Source: a virus (taxonomy: Duplodnaviria > Heunggongvirae > Uroviricota > Caudoviricetes). From it: a stretch of 64,000 nucleotides of DNA. The notes beneath the pieces were generated by a model. The model was not told the origin of the DNA. It made no database searches and worked only from the letters and a program-made list of their open reading frames with translations. The translations under genes were made by a program, and so were the position numbers. The stretch covers positions 1-64,000 of the IMG/VR virus record IMGVR_UViG_3300028920_001945; one strand, 5' to 3'. Below are positions 29,081 to 39,487 of the stretch, in pieces (the stretch's first letter is position 1; every line of letters starts with the position of its first letter).

Positions 29081-29274
29081 ATAAAATGGATATAGATATA
29101 AAGAGTCATCTTATGAAAGCTTTAATAGAATTAGACCTAATTAAAGAAGAACTACAATTTAGAAAAGATTATAAGAATGCAATTGTAATAAATAATTGTA
29201 TGGAAGATATATTAAAATACGATGAGAAGATGCTTAAAGATTGGACACAAGAGAAAGAAAAATGGAGCTTATGA
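29071..29274 (+). CDS. hypothetical protein
   Basis: 67 aa. Confidence 0.4.
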   Translation: MGVNKMDIDIKSHLMKALIELDLIKEELQFRKDYKNAIVINNCMEDILKYDEKMLKDWTQEKEKWSL

Positions 29275-29570
29275 ATATAATGGAATTACAAGAATTAATA
29301 GATGAATCCCATAAAATAGCAAAAGAAAAGGGTTTTTGGGATGAGAAAAGACCAATCTCAGAAAAACTTATGCTTATAGTTACTGAAGTAGCAGAAGCAT
29401 GTGAAGCTGATAGAAATGGAGATGAAGAATCATTTAATAGAGAATTAGCTGATGTTTTTATAAGGTTAGCAGATCTTTGTGGAAAAAAGAATATCTTTAT
29501 AGAATATTATATAAGAAGAAAAATGGAGATAAATAAAGATAGACCTTATAAACATAGTAAACTCTATTAA
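29241..29570 (+). CDS. MazG-like nucleotide pyrophosphohydrolase
   Basis: EVAEACEA...ELADVFIRLADL matches the all-alpha NTP-PPase EExxE/D motifs. Confidence 0.7.
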   Translation: MDTRERKMELMNIMELQELIDESHKIAKEKGFWDEKRPISEKLMLIVTEVAEACEADRNGDEESFNRELADVFIRLADLCGKKNIFIEYYIRRKMEINKDRPYKHSKLY

Positions 29571-29765
29571 TTATGACATATGGACCTGACCTATTTATAT
29601 GCAGTAATCCAATATGCAAATTTAGTACAATAGATAATGATATATTAAAATGCCCTTTATGTGGCAATGAATTATTAAAAGAGATATTATGAAATATAAA
29701 TATTATTGTAAAAGATGTGAAGATTTCTTTGAAATACCCAATTATGGAGCAATGAGATGTCCTAG

Positions 29766-30401
29766 ATGCTTCTCAGGGAGAGAAATGTTATTAGGACCAT
29801 ATCCAGTAGAGGAATATACAATATGAACGAATATATAAATTATATAGTATCCGGTCTAGAAAGATCTGGAACATCTATGATAATGCAGATACTAGAGGCA
29901 GGTGGGGTACCAATAGAATATGATAAAACTCGTAAGGCAGACGAAAGTAATCCTAGAGGATACTATGAATTATATGATGGAAAGATAATAACCAAATTAA
30001 AAAGAGAAGAAGTTCCTTTTGAAGATTTCAAGGGAAAGTTTATTAAGATTACTGCTTATGGATTACAATACTTACCAGATAGGGAATATAAAATAATATT
30101 CTCAACTAGAAATATTAAGGAGATTGTTGAATCAGGATTTAAAATGCATCCATCAGACCAAAGAGCTGAATTTATGGAAGAAGTTTTACTTAAACTATTA
30201 AATAAGACTAAAAAGGAATTAAAGGAAAATGAAAAAATTAAAGTGTTGTATATAAATTACAATAGAATGTTAGATAGTCCCGATATAGAACTGAAGAGAA
30301 TCAAGACATTCCTAAAAGATTTTGATATAGAAAAAGCTAAAACTGTTATTGACAAAGATCTGTATAGGACTAGAGATGTAGATAATAAAAAAGAAGGTTG
30401 A
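29766..30401 (+). CDS. sulfotransferase-family protein (Stf0-like)
   Basis: PAPS 5'-phosphosulfate-binding loop YIVSGLERSGTSMI. Confidence 0.55.
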   Translation: MLLRERNVIRTISSRGIYNMNEYINYIVSGLERSGTSMIMQILEAGGVPIEYDKTRKADESNPRGYYELYDGKIITKLKREEVPFEDFKGKFIKITAYGLQYLPDREYKIIFSTRNIKEIVESGFKMHPSDQRAEFMEEVLLKLLNKTKKELKENEKIKVLYINYNRMLDSPDIELKRIKTFLKDFDIEKAKTVIDKDLYRTRDVDNKKEG

Positions 30402-31915
30402 TGTTTATGAATTTAACCGAATCAGCAAGAGATTTATTAAAAAAGAAATATTGCAGTCCAGATGAAAAACCAGAAGAAGTATTCAAAAGAGTTGGAAAGG
30501 CTATAGAGTCACAAATGAATGGAGATCCCGATGCACAACAATTTACAAAAATAATGGAAGATTTAGATTTCTTACCCAATAGTCCTTGTATAAGGAATGC
30601 TGGATATTCCAATCAAGTTAAAGCATGTTTTGTTTTACCAATAGAAGATTCTATGGAAAGTATATATCAGACACTCTATAGGAGTGCCATGATATTTAAG
30701 AGTGGAGGAGGTGTAGGATATAATTTCAGTGAACTTAGAGAGAAGGGAGCTGCACTAACACATGGAGGAACATCATCTGGAATAATGCCTTTTCTAAAGA
30801 TATACAATTCTTCTACGGATGCAGTAAAACAAGGCGGATTCAGAAGAGGAGCAAGTATGGGAGTACTAGATATAGATCATCCTCAAATATTAGATTTTAT
30901 AAAGGAGAAACTTACACCCGGTTCAATGAGTAACTTTAATCTATCGGTTATGGTAAATGATGATTTCATGAAGGGAGTAGAAGAAGATAGTAAGATATTT
31001 CTTAGAAGTAGACTCGATAAAAGAATTATAACTGGTAAATTTAATTGTAGAGATTTATTCAATATAATAACTTATTCTGCATGGTTAACAGGAGATCCAG
31101 GATTATTATTTTATGATAGAATAAATAAGGACAATCCAAATTTTCCAAAGTATCCTATAAGATCAACAAATCCATGTGGAGAAGTTCCATTATTACCATA
31201 TGAAAGTTGTTGTCTCGGTAGTATAAATTTAGCTAATTTTGTAACTAAGGATAAAAAATTTGATAAGAAGAGATTCTCTGAAATGGTCAGAATAACAACT
31301 AAATTCCTAATGGGAATGAATAAGATATGTGAATTTCCAAAAGGTGTACAGGGAGAATGCCAATTAGCTCAATCCAAATATTGGAGATTGGGATTGGGAG
31401 TAATGGGATTTGCAGACATGTTAATGAAGATGGAGATAATGTATGACTCAGAAGAAGCTTTAAAAATGATAGACACTATAGGAACTATCATGCAAGAATC
31501 TAAGAAATATGCACCCCATTCAGTTGCAACATTATCTATAGCACCAACTGGAAGTTTATCGATAATTGCTAATTGTTCATCTGGAATAGAACCATTCTTC
31601 AGTAAATCATATACAAGATACTTAAGACACGGAACAGTTAAAGAATCTAGAAAATCGACATATTTGAGAACTGCACATGATATATCTCCAGAGTGGCATC
31701 TTAAAATACAAGCTAGATGGCAATCATATATAGATAATGGAGTTAGTAAAACAATTAATTTACCTCATGATGCTACTATACATGATGTTCAAAAAATATA
31801 TATGAATGCATGGAAAATGGGCTGTAAGGGAATAACAATATTTAGAGATGGTTGTTTAGGAGATTCAGGTCAAGTTTTAAGGTCAACTTGTGAGGATGAT
31901 GATTGTTATCTTTAA
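30398..31915 (+). CDS. ribonucleotide reductase catalytic subunit (class II-like, short form)
   Basis: RNR N-terminal LTESARDLLKKKY. Active-site loop KACFVLP. Catalytic NPCGEVPL. C-terminal Cys pair. No glycyl-radical motif and no adjacent NrdB. Confidence 0.8.
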   Translation: MMFMNLTESARDLLKKKYCSPDEKPEEVFKRVGKAIESQMNGDPDAQQFTKIMEDLDFLPNSPCIRNAGYSNQVKACFVLPIEDSMESIYQTLYRSAMIFKSGGGVGYNFSELREKGAALTHGGTSSGIMPFLKIYNSSTDAVKQGGFRRGASMGVLDIDHPQILDFIKEKLTPGSMSNFNLSVMVNDDFMKGVEEDSKIFLRSRLDKRIITGKFNCRDLFNIITYSAWLTGDPGLLFYDRINKDNPNFPKYPIRSTNPCGEVPLLPYESCCLGSINLANFVTKDKKFDKKRFSEMVRITTKFLMGMNKICEFPKGVQGECQLAQSKYWRLGLGVMGFADMLMKMEIMYDSEEALKMIDTIGTIMQESKKYAPHSVATLSIAPTGSLSIIANCSSGIEPFFSKSYTRYLRHGTVKESRKSTYLRTAHDISPEWHLKIQARWQSYIDNGVSKTINLPHDATIHDVQKIYMNAWKMGCKGITIFRDGCLGDSGQVLRSTCEDDDCYL

Positions 31916-31955
31916 TTATGTGCCGAAAGGCTATGTAGAATAGGAAGTAATAAAA

Positions 31956-32147
31956 ATGAAAGGAAAAATAAAATGGTACAATGCAAGAAAGGGATATGGA
32001 TTTATATCTGGTGAAGATGACACAGATGTATTTATTCATAGTTCTGATGTACCAGAAGGCACTCAACTACAAGAAGATGATGAAGTTGAGTATGAAGTAG
32101 AAAAAACAGATAAAGGTTTAAAAGCAGTAAATTTAGAATTACTATAA
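31956..32147 (+). CDS. csp: cold-shock protein (CspA family)
   Basis: RNP1 KGYGFI and RNP2 VFIHS motifs. 63 aa. Confidence 0.9.
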   Translation: MKGKIKWYNARKGYGFISGEDDTDVFIHSSDVPEGTQLQEDDEVEYEVEKTDKGLKAVNLELL

Positions 32148-32175
32148 TTTAATTTTTATTTATTCAAGAAGACCT

Positions 32176-32382
32176 ATGATAGATTGGATTGGAATGGTAC
32201 TTACATTAGCAGGCTCATTCAGTGTGATTTATAAGATAAAATACGGATTCATACTTATGCTCCTTGGGTGTATAGCATGGATGATCTATGGTCTATATGT
32301 AGAGAGTATAGCTATTATAATAACAAATATAGTATTTTCAGGAACTAATTTATATGGTTTCTGGAAATGGAATAAAGATTAG
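32176..32382 (+). CDS. small membrane protein (2 TM)
   Basis: 68 aa, hydrophobic. Confidence 0.4.
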   Translation: MIDWIGMVLTLAGSFSVIYKIKYGFILMLLGCIAWMIYGLYVESIAIIITNIVFSGTNLYGFWKWNKD

Positions 32383-32436
32383 GTTTACCTTTAGAGTTAT
32401 GTATTTACATAATGTTTTTAAAAAAGGAGGTCAATT

Positions 32437-32757
32437 ATGCCAAATGGAAGAAAAAAAGATGATGAAGAGATATACAAAGTAGCAGAGAGAGAATCTTTAG
32501 AAAGACCCTGGGCATCCAATGATAAACTAGTTTTCGATGAACGTTCTGCACACAGTAATAGATGTGCTGTTATTGCAGAAGATTCACTACAAGAATCAGT
32601 AAATTTTACAAAACAGATACATCAACAGTACTTAAAACGAGAACAAGATGCTATGGAAAACAACAGATATACTCTGAACTATCTATATGGTCTATACCCA
32701 GAAGAATGGATAGCTCTTCGAGAAATGATCAAACAGTGGAAAAACGATAACGACTAA
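32437..32757 (+). CDS. hypothetical protein
   Basis: 106 aa with an AAAAGGAGG SD. Confidence 0.45.
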   Translation: MPNGRKKDDEEIYKVAERESLERPWASNDKLVFDERSAHSNRCAVIAEDSLQESVNFTKQIHQQYLKREQDAMENNRYTLNYLYGLYPEEWIALREMIKQWKNDND

Positions 32758-32931
32758 ATACTTTTTTTATTGTTGAGGAGAGTGGAGGGACTTTCCTCTA
32801 TGTATTTTTATTATGTAATATAAATGTGATAATATGACAAAACTTCCTAATATAGAGAAAGATTATGAATTTCAAAAGAAGAAACCAGGAGATTGGTCAA
32901 TGACTATTAAATCTAAAAGAGGTAAGAAGAA

Positions 32932-33120
32932 ATGAAGGTAAGTATATCTAAAGTAGAATGTCCTAAGTGTAGACATGAATTTGATTATGAATACGAAACA
33001 TTACCATTTCCTTTTGATGCAGAAGAGTGGTTGGATAATCTGGATGAACAAACTAAAGAACAACATCTTAATTATATGAAATATGGAAAATTAATTCCAT
33101 CTGGAGGTAAGAAAGAATGA
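32932..33120 (+). CDS. zinc-ribbon mini-protein
   Basis: CPKCRHE... Confidence 0.4.
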   Translation: MKVSISKVECPKCRHEFDYEYETLPFPFDAEEWLDNLDEQTKEQHLNYMKYGKLIPSGGKKE

Positions 33121-33614
33121 GTAGAGAGATTAAATTTAGAGTATGGGACAAAAAACAGAAACTAATGTTGAGTATCAGGGCATTACAATTCAATAAAGGA
33201 AGTTTTGAAGCTATTGGTGCTTTAGCTGATAGAGATTTAGATAATGAACCAACATTTGCTTATACCACATATGAACACGAGAATATGTATAAGCATAAGG
33301 ATATAGATTCTGGACATCCATTTAGTGATATAATTCTAATGCAATATACAGGATTAAAAGATAAGGATGGAAAGGAAATCTACGAAGGGGATATACTAAA
33401 GTTCAAACCCGTTGGAGAAAAAGAAAATATAGGAAAAGTAAATTTCCTAGCAGGAATGTTTATGGTGACTGATAAAGACGATTACGATTATGAAATTGGA
33501 TTAGTATTAGCAGATTCCTTAAAGGTAATAGGTAATATATATGAGAATGACTTAGATATAATATCTATGGCTAAAGAGCATTCTAAGACTATGGAAGGGT
33601 TGGCGAGGAAATGA
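33117..33614 (+). CDS. YopX-family phage protein
   Basis: N-terminal MSREIKFRVWDKKQKLM is diagnostic of YopX. Confidence 0.7.
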   Translation: MSREIKFRVWDKKQKLMLSIRALQFNKGSFEAIGALADRDLDNEPTFAYTTYEHENMYKHKDIDSGHPFSDIILMQYTGLKDKDGKEIYEGDILKFKPVGEKENIGKVNFLAGMFMVTDKDDYDYEIGLVLADSLKVIGNIYENDLDIISMAKEHSKTMEGLARK

Positions 33615-33952
33615 CTGAACAAATACTTGGACCAGGTAGTGAGACAGACCAACTGATTAGAAGGTTAAAGAAACAGAATAAAAATATGAAAGGTAAATGG
33701 ATTGGTGAAGATATAGATAGAGTCGAACAAGAGATTAAATCTGAAGATAAAGAAATACCTAAAATAGTGTATGATGCAATATTAGAAGTAAATAAAATAG
33801 ATAATATTAGATTGGTATATGATGATGATAACAAAACATTTAAACTCTATTTATCTAAAGAGATGATAGATAGTCTATGTAGAGATAGGATTATATCTAT
33901 TGGTGATATGAAAAGTAAAGTTAATATGATGGTGAGAGAAAGTGTCTACTGA
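33611..33952 (+). CDS. hypothetical protein
   Basis: 113 aa. Confidence 0.45.
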   Translation: MTEQILGPGSETDQLIRRLKKQNKNMKGKWIGEDIDRVEQEIKSEDKEIPKIVYDAILEVNKIDNIRLVYDDDNKTFKLYLSKEMIDSLCRDRIISIGDMKSKVNMMVRESVY

Positions 33953-34202
33953 AGATAAAGAGTGGAGTTTGAAGAAGAAAGAGAATTTCATTCCAGATAG
34001 TGGAGCACATAACAGAGAATACTTTGATAAGAACTGTTATTACTATAATAAGAAGGACATAGAGACTCTACGAGAGAAATTGATTGAAGATATAAGAGAT
34101 ATTCAAAAAGAAGATTCAGATTTTGTAGGTTATGATGATGGAACCATAGAATGTGATATAGTAATTAAGATTATTAATAGAAGATTTGGATATGAAGATT
34201 AA
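33942..34202 (+). CDS. hypothetical protein
   Basis: 86 aa. Confidence 0.4.
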   Translation: MSTEDKEWSLKKKENFIPDSGAHNREYFDKNCYYYNKKDIETLREKLIEDIRDIQKEDSDFVGYDDGTIECDIVIKIINRRFGYED

Positions 34203-34386
34203 ACTTATAGATAAAAAGTACACTACAACAAAGATAGATAAGTATTGTTGTAGAGATATGAAAAGAATGTTAAAACATTCATGGGAATTGAATAATGATG
34301 GAATTCTATTTGATGATAGATTTACTGGTTATGAGCCTATAAATTATTGTCCATTTTGTGGTGAGAAAATAGATATTAATTGGTAG
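34186..34386 (+). CDS. zinc-ribbon mini-protein
   Basis: CC...CPFCGEK. Confidence 0.4.
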   Translation: MDMKIKLIDKKYTTTKIDKYCCRDMKRMLKHSWELNNDGILFDDRFTGYEPINYCPFCGEKIDINW

Positions 34387-34401
34387 GAGATTTGGAAGAT
34401 A

Positions 34402-34632
34402 ATGATATGTCCTAAATGTGGAGAACCTATGATGGAATGCGGAGTAGGTGGTGTTTTTACTGACCAATTAATATTCTACAATTGCTCTAATTGTGATTAC
34501 ATGTGTCATCCATTCTTAGATACAAAAGAGCAGATACTTAAAAGGATAGAAGAAATTGATAAAGAAGTTGAAGAATATGAAACTGAATGGGAAAGAAAAC
34601 TTAATAAGAAATGGTGGGAGTTCTGGAAATGA
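34402..34632 (+). CDS. zinc-ribbon mini-protein
   Basis: CPKCGEP...CSNCDYMC. Confidence 0.4.
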   Translation: MICPKCGEPMMECGVGGVFTDQLIFYNCSNCDYMCHPFLDTKEQILKRIEEIDKEVEEYETEWERKLNKKWWEFWK

Positions 34633-34806
34633 GGAGAAATAGAATATGAAATGTAAATTTTGCAAAGAACAATTAGTAGCAAATTATGAAAGATTTTATA
34701 AATGAATATGGAGAAGATATGGAAAAATTAAGTAAATACGAGAAATTTATTTCATTAAAATATGGAATAACATTATGTACAGATTGTCATAGAGAATTAC
34801 ATTGGG

Positions 34807-35706
34807 GTGATTAAAATAATAATTTGTTGTTGGGATTCACTCAGATTAGACGCAGTAGAACCATTCAAAGGAATCTTAGGTGAAGAGTCATGGGGGGATG
34901 TACCATCCATAGATGGTTTCACCGCACCTGTATTACCATCAATAGTATGTGGTAAAACACCAGAAGAGCTAGGAGTACCTAGAGACGAAAGTGCATTCTT
35001 TTCTAGTATAGACCCAAATAAAATAGATGACACTTTATTTGATCACTTTGATTCACATGTTACAATATCTAGATTAATAGGACCTCAAACTATGCCTCAT
35101 ACTACAATGGTTCCATCTAGAAGAGGTAAGATGAAATTCATGCCTCCCATTAAATGGAATGCTAAGTCTAATTGGGCTATAGATATATGGAGAGAAGTAG
35201 GCAATAAGTGGTCTATGACAAATCCATATTGGGTAGATGTTATATTCTTCTGGACATTTATAACACATGGTAACTTTTCTTGTTATGATAGTTTAGGAGC
35301 TGTAGAATCACCCGAAATAAAGAATGGTGGTTTAGTAATGAAGAGATTACAGAAACAAGACCCAGAGGCTCTAAGAAAATTGTATATGATGGGAGTTTAT
35401 AATGGAGTAGAAACTCTAAAGGGACTTAATGAAATATCAGGTGGAAAGGAATTAATAATATGTTTTAGTGACCATCAAGAATGTCTTAATGAGACAATGA
35501 ATGGACAATTGATGCCTCCAGGACATTATAAAGATATGCATAAGATTCCTGGTTTAGAGAGAGTTCCAATTTGGATCAACAAACCCAATGAAGAACTTCC
35601 AAAGGAGCAGACTGACATTAAGGATTGGATAGTCAAAATGTATAATAAGTATGAGAAAAATAATCCAGAGTATCAAAAATGGAAAAAGGAAAAAAGTACA
35701 AAGTAG
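34807..35706 (+). CDS. alkaline-phosphatase-superfamily metalloenzyme (phosphodiesterase/sulfatase-like core)
   Basis: N-terminal IIICCWDSLRLD metal-site motif and C-terminal ICFSDHQE (SDHG-like). Confidence 0.5.
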   Translation: MIKIIICCWDSLRLDAVEPFKGILGEESWGDVPSIDGFTAPVLPSIVCGKTPEELGVPRDESAFFSSIDPNKIDDTLFDHFDSHVTISRLIGPQTMPHTTMVPSRRGKMKFMPPIKWNAKSNWAIDIWREVGNKWSMTNPYWVDVIFFWTFITHGNFSCYDSLGAVESPEIKNGGLVMKRLQKQDPEALRKLYMMGVYNGVETLKGLNEISGGKELIICFSDHQECLNETMNGQLMPPGHYKDMHKIPGLERVPIWINKPNEELPKEQTDIKDWIVKMYNKYEKNNPEYQKWKKEKSTK

Positions 35707-35888
35707 TTGGATGTAATTGTGGAAGAACTGCCACAAATAGATTATTGACTATGGGTATAATCAAAGATTCTATATTAGAGATTATTGCTATACAACCAAT
35801 AGGTCCAGTTACATTTAAAGTAGGAAAATCAGAATATACCTTAGGAAGAGGATTATTTGATAAGTTAATCTTGGAGGAAATAAAATGA
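35679..35888 (+). CDS. FeoA-like SH3 domain protein
   Basis: GRTATNRLLTMGI...G..I.V...G.P..F.VG FeoA pattern. 69 aa. Confidence 0.55.
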   Translation: MEKGKKYKVVGCNCGRTATNRLLTMGIIKDSILEIIAIQPIGPVTFKVGKSEYTLGRGLFDKLILEEIK

Positions 35889-36076
35889 TGAGAGGAAGAC
35901 GAACTAGGAGATATCAACGTCCTGGAAGAGGAATACCACAAGGAGATAAACCAGGTAGTGGACCAGGTGGAAATTGTATATGCCCAGCTTGTGGGTATAA
36001 GATTGAACACACATGGGCAGAACCTTGTAATACAAAAACTTGCCCTAAATGTGGAGCTAAGTTAACTAGAGAATGA
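35885..36076 (+). CDS. zinc-ribbon protein with basic N-terminus
   Basis: CICPACG...CPKCGAK. Confidence 0.4.
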   Translation: MMRGRRTRRYQRPGRGIPQGDKPGSGPGGNCICPACGYKIEHTWAEPCNTKTCPKCGAKLTRE

Positions 36077-36831
36077 TCGAGGTAAGTTTATTAATAGGAA
36101 TCTTAATATTTGCATTTTTATGTGAATTTATAGATTCTTCTTTGGGTATGGGATATGGCACTGCAGCCACTCCCTTACTTATGTTAATAGGAATACCAGC
36201 TTTAGAGATAATTCCAGCAGTATTATTATCAGAATTAATAACAGGGTTAATGTCTGGAATAGCTCATCATAAATTTGGTAATGTAGATTTTAATGTGAGG
36301 TCTAAGCATACTAAAGTTACTGCAGTTCTAGCATTATGTAGTATTTTAGGAGCTATAATTGCGGTTAATATAGTAGTAAACATACCAAAGTTCTATCTTA
36401 ACCTTTATATAGGATTATTGGTTTTAAGTATGGGAATAATTGTATTCCTAACAAGAAATAAACAATTTGGTTTTTCTTGGAAGAAGATAGTTGGATTAGG
36501 TTCAATAGCAGCCTTTAATAAAGGTATGTCAGGTGGAGGATATGGTCCAATCGTAATGAGTGGACAGATACTATCTGGAGTTGAAGATAAAAGTGCTGTA
36601 GGAATAACTTCAGTATCAGAAGCAATAACATCCTTTGTTGGATTAGTTGTATTCATATTACTTGGAAGTTATATCAATTTTGAACTTGCAATACCTATGA
36701 TAATAGGAGCTTCATGTGCAGTACCTATAGCAGCCTATACAACTAAAAGAATGAATTCCATTATTCTTAAAAGAAGTATAGCTTTATTGACTGTTGTACT
36801 AGGCTTAGTAACATTAGTAAAGTTGTTATAA
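36073..36831 (+). CDS. TauE/SafE-family (DUF81) permease
   Basis: Eight predicted TM helices arranged 4+4 with internal repeat symmetry. Gly-rich GYGTAATPLL motif. Confidence 0.6.
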   Translation: MIEVSLLIGILIFAFLCEFIDSSLGMGYGTAATPLLMLIGIPALEIIPAVLLSELITGLMSGIAHHKFGNVDFNVRSKHTKVTAVLALCSILGAIIAVNIVVNIPKFYLNLYIGLLVLSMGIIVFLTRNKQFGFSWKKIVGLGSIAAFNKGMSGGGYGPIVMSGQILSGVEDKSAVGITSVSEAITSFVGLVVFILLGSYINFELAIPMIIGASCAVPIAAYTTKRMNSIILKRSIALLTVVLGLVTLVKLL

Positions 36832-36851
36832 TATAAGAAAAGAGAAATAAT

Positions 36852-37904
36852 ATGACAGAAAGGAAAAAGTATAAAATAGCAGTAATGCCAGGAGATGGTA
36901 TAGGAAAAGATGTGATGGACTGTGCCATGGTTATATTGAAACACATTGACCTAGATGCAAAATACTTTCATGAAGATATAGGATTAGATGCAAAAAAAAG
37001 AAACGGTACAGCATTATCAGATCATACTCTTAGAATATTAAAAGCATGCGATTGTTGCCTATTTGGAGCTGTATCAACAACAGATGAATCCACTATCTTA
37101 AGATTAAGACAAGAATTTGCTTTAAGTACTAACTTTAGACCTTGTAAAGGTAATGGAATAGATATTGCTATATTTAGAGAAAATACTGAAGATTTATATG
37201 CTCAAGTAGAATATAATCCAATCCCAAGAAGGTTAAGGAACTTCATTAATAAACACGAACGAATGAAAAAATTTAAATATACCCCAAATGAAGAAATGGC
37301 AATAGCTTTAAGGATTATTACTGTAAAAGCATGTACAAATATAGTAGCCAGGGCGTTTAGATTTGCAGCAAGAAATAATAAAAAGAAGATCACAGTAGTA
37401 GAAAAAGCTAACGTATTGAAAGAAACTGGAAGTATAATAATTAAAGCTGTTAAAGAAATATCTAAGAAGTATCCTAATATAGAAGTAGAGATAGTTAATA
37501 TAGATAATATGTGTATGCAATTAGTAAAGAACCCTAAAAATTATGAAGTTATAGTTACTACTAATTTATTTGGTGATATATTATCAGACTTATGTAGTCA
37601 ACTAGTTGGAGGAATTGGATATGTTGGTAGTGCAAATATTGGAAAAGATTTTGCATTGTTTGAACCCATTCATGGTAGTGCTCCAAAATATGCAGGGCAG
37701 TATAAAGTCAATCCCATAGGTATGATTAGGAGTATTGTACTCATGTTGGAATGGCTAGGCGAAACAAAAAAAGCTAAAGCATTAGATTTAGCTATAAATG
37801 AAGTTATAGAAGAAGGCAAAGCGAGAACATTTGATATGGGGGGAATTAATAATAGTTTAGAGGTAGCTGAAGAAATTGCAAAGAAATATGATAACTATAT
37901 ATGA
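36852..37904 (+). CDS. isocitrate/isopropylmalate/homoisocitrate dehydrogenase-family enzyme
   Basis: NLFGDILSDLCSQLVGGIGYVGSANIG signature and an IPGDGIG N-terminal motif. Confidence 0.85.
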   Translation: MTERKKYKIAVMPGDGIGKDVMDCAMVILKHIDLDAKYFHEDIGLDAKKRNGTALSDHTLRILKACDCCLFGAVSTTDESTILRLRQEFALSTNFRPCKGNGIDIAIFRENTEDLYAQVEYNPIPRRLRNFINKHERMKKFKYTPNEEMAIALRIITVKACTNIVARAFRFAARNNKKKITVVEKANVLKETGSIIIKAVKEISKKYPNIEVEIVNIDNMCMQLVKNPKNYEVIVTTNLFGDILSDLCSQLVGGIGYVGSANIGKDFALFEPIHGSAPKYAGQYKVNPIGMIRSIVLMLEWLGETKKAKALDLAINEVIEEGKARTFDMGGINNSLEVAEEIAKKYDNYI

Positions 37905-39003
37905 TACTACTTTAAGAGATGGAGAACAGATGCCTGGTGTATTCTTCACAAAACCTCAAAAGTTAGATATTGCAAGAAAATTAGATGAAGTGGGGATAGA
38001 TGAGATAGAAGCTGGATTTCCAGCTATATCCAATAGAGAAGCCGATATAGTGAAGTCAATAGTTAATGAAGGATTAGATGCTAATATATTAGGATTATCT
38101 AGATTAAATAAAAAGGATATAGATATAGCAGCATCATCAGATGTTGATAAGATTATATTATTTGTAGGAACTTCAGATTACCATTTGAAATATAAGCTCC
38201 ATACAACATTAAATGATTTAAAAGAAAAAATGAAAGATTGTATAGATTATGCAAAACAATATGGAGATGTAACATTTGGATTTGAAGATTCTACTAGGAC
38301 AGATATAAGTATATTAAGAGATCTATCTAAAATAGTAACTGAATGTGGTGCTAAGAGAATAGGAATTGCAGATACAGTTGGTTGTGCAACTCCAATTATG
38401 ATTAAAAAATATGTAACTTCTTTAAAAGAGATAACTAATATACCAATATCATTACATCTACATAACGATTTGGGTTTAGTTACAGCAAATGCTTTTGCAG
38501 GTTTAGAAGCAGGCTCTAATGTCTATGCAACAACTGTAAATGGTATAGGAGAAAGAGCAGGTAATCTTCCCCTAGAACAATTTGCTATGATACTTAAGTT
38601 ATTTTATAAAACACATATAGACACTACAAAATTATATGAATTATCCCAATTAGTATCACTATATTCCAAAGTGCCTATATATATGAATCAACCTCTAGTC
38701 GGTAAAAATGCATTTGCTCATGAGTCGGGAATACATGTAGCAGCAATTCAAGAGAATCCAATAACATATGAATTCATACCTCCAGAAATGGTTGGTAATA
38801 AGAGAAGATTTATATTAGGTAAACATAGTGGTAAGAAGTCTATAGAGATGAAACTTAAAGAATATGGATTAAAGACTAGTATCGATAATATATGTAAAAT
38901 ATTAGATAGAGTAAAGAGATTAGGAGAGATTCAGGGAGAGGTTAGTGATATAGAGTTTCTTAATATAACTAAGGAGATTATTAATGAGGGTATGGAGATA
39001 TAA
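37876..39003 (+). CDS. short LeuA/homocitrate-synthase/citramalate-synthase-family enzyme (DRE-TIM aldolase)
   Basis: IYDTTLRDGEQ motif and HxH metal site (LHLHND). 375 aa, with no LeuA regulatory domain. Confidence 0.85.
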   Translation: MQRNMITIYDTTLRDGEQMPGVFFTKPQKLDIARKLDEVGIDEIEAGFPAISNREADIVKSIVNEGLDANILGLSRLNKKDIDIAASSDVDKIILFVGTSDYHLKYKLHTTLNDLKEKMKDCIDYAKQYGDVTFGFEDSTRTDISILRDLSKIVTECGAKRIGIADTVGCATPIMIKKYVTSLKEITNIPISLHLHNDLGLVTANAFAGLEAGSNVYATTVNGIGERAGNLPLEQFAMILKLFYKTHIDTTKLYELSQLVSLYSKVPIYMNQPLVGKNAFAHESGIHVAAIQENPITYEFIPPEMVGNKRRFILGKHSGKKSIEMKLKEYGLKTSIDNICKILDRVKRLGEIQGEVSDIEFLNITKEIINEGMEI

Positions 39004-39487
39004 ACAAGACAACATAAATACAGATTTATTATTTCCTGGAAAGAGATGCTTTCTGGGTAGTGATGAAAAAACTCTAAAGAAATATATATTAGAAGATTTA
39101 GATGAGACATTTGCTAAAGAAGTGCAACCTGGGGATATTATAATAGCAAATAAGAACTTTGGATGTGGAAGCTCAAGAGAACATCCAGTATTAGGCTTAA
39201 AGGCAGTTGGAATTGTAGCCGTTATTGCAGAAAGTTTTGCTAGAATATTTTTTAGATGTTCTATTAATAATGGATTAACCATAATAGAATCTCCAGAAAT
39301 GGTAAGAAGATACAAAAATGGAGATAAAGTTAGTGTATATGAGAGAATTGGAATAGTAAGAATTGGTGATAATGTTTATCATATTCCAAAAATGAATAAT
39401 GAAATATTGGAAATAAAGAAAAATGGCGGACTACTTGAATACACAAGAAAAAAACTCAGAGAAAAAAACATTCAAAATAAAGCCTGA
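38984..39487 (+). CDS. LeuD-like aconitase-family small subunit (no large subunit in window)
   Basis: ANKNFGCGSSREHP swivel-domain signature. 167 aa. Confidence 0.85.
   Translation: MRVWRYKQDNINTDLLFPGKRCFLGSDEKTLKKYILEDLDETFAKEVQPGDIIIANKNFGCGSSREHPVLGLKAVGIVAVIAESFARIFFRCSINNGLTIIESPEMVRRYKNGDKVSVYERIGIVRIGDNVYHIPKMNNEILEIKKNGGLLEYTRKKLREKNIQNKA

Noticed and set aside
32758-32931. Possible terminator hairpin GAGGAGAGTGGAGGGACTTTCCTC followed by a T-rich tract after ORF 32437-32757
   Set aside because: The stem pairing is imperfect and the following T-tract is interrupted. It is plausible but not convincing enough to call.
39423-39487. Possible programmed frameshift fusing the LeuD-like and QueC-like genes across two A7 tracts
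   Set aside because: The 65-nt overlap contains two AAAAAAA runs, and a +1 slip would join the frames. But the QueC-like ORF has its own ATG, the paralog downstream starts independently, and a LeuD-QueC fusion has no biochemical rationale. A simple gene overlap is more parsimonious.
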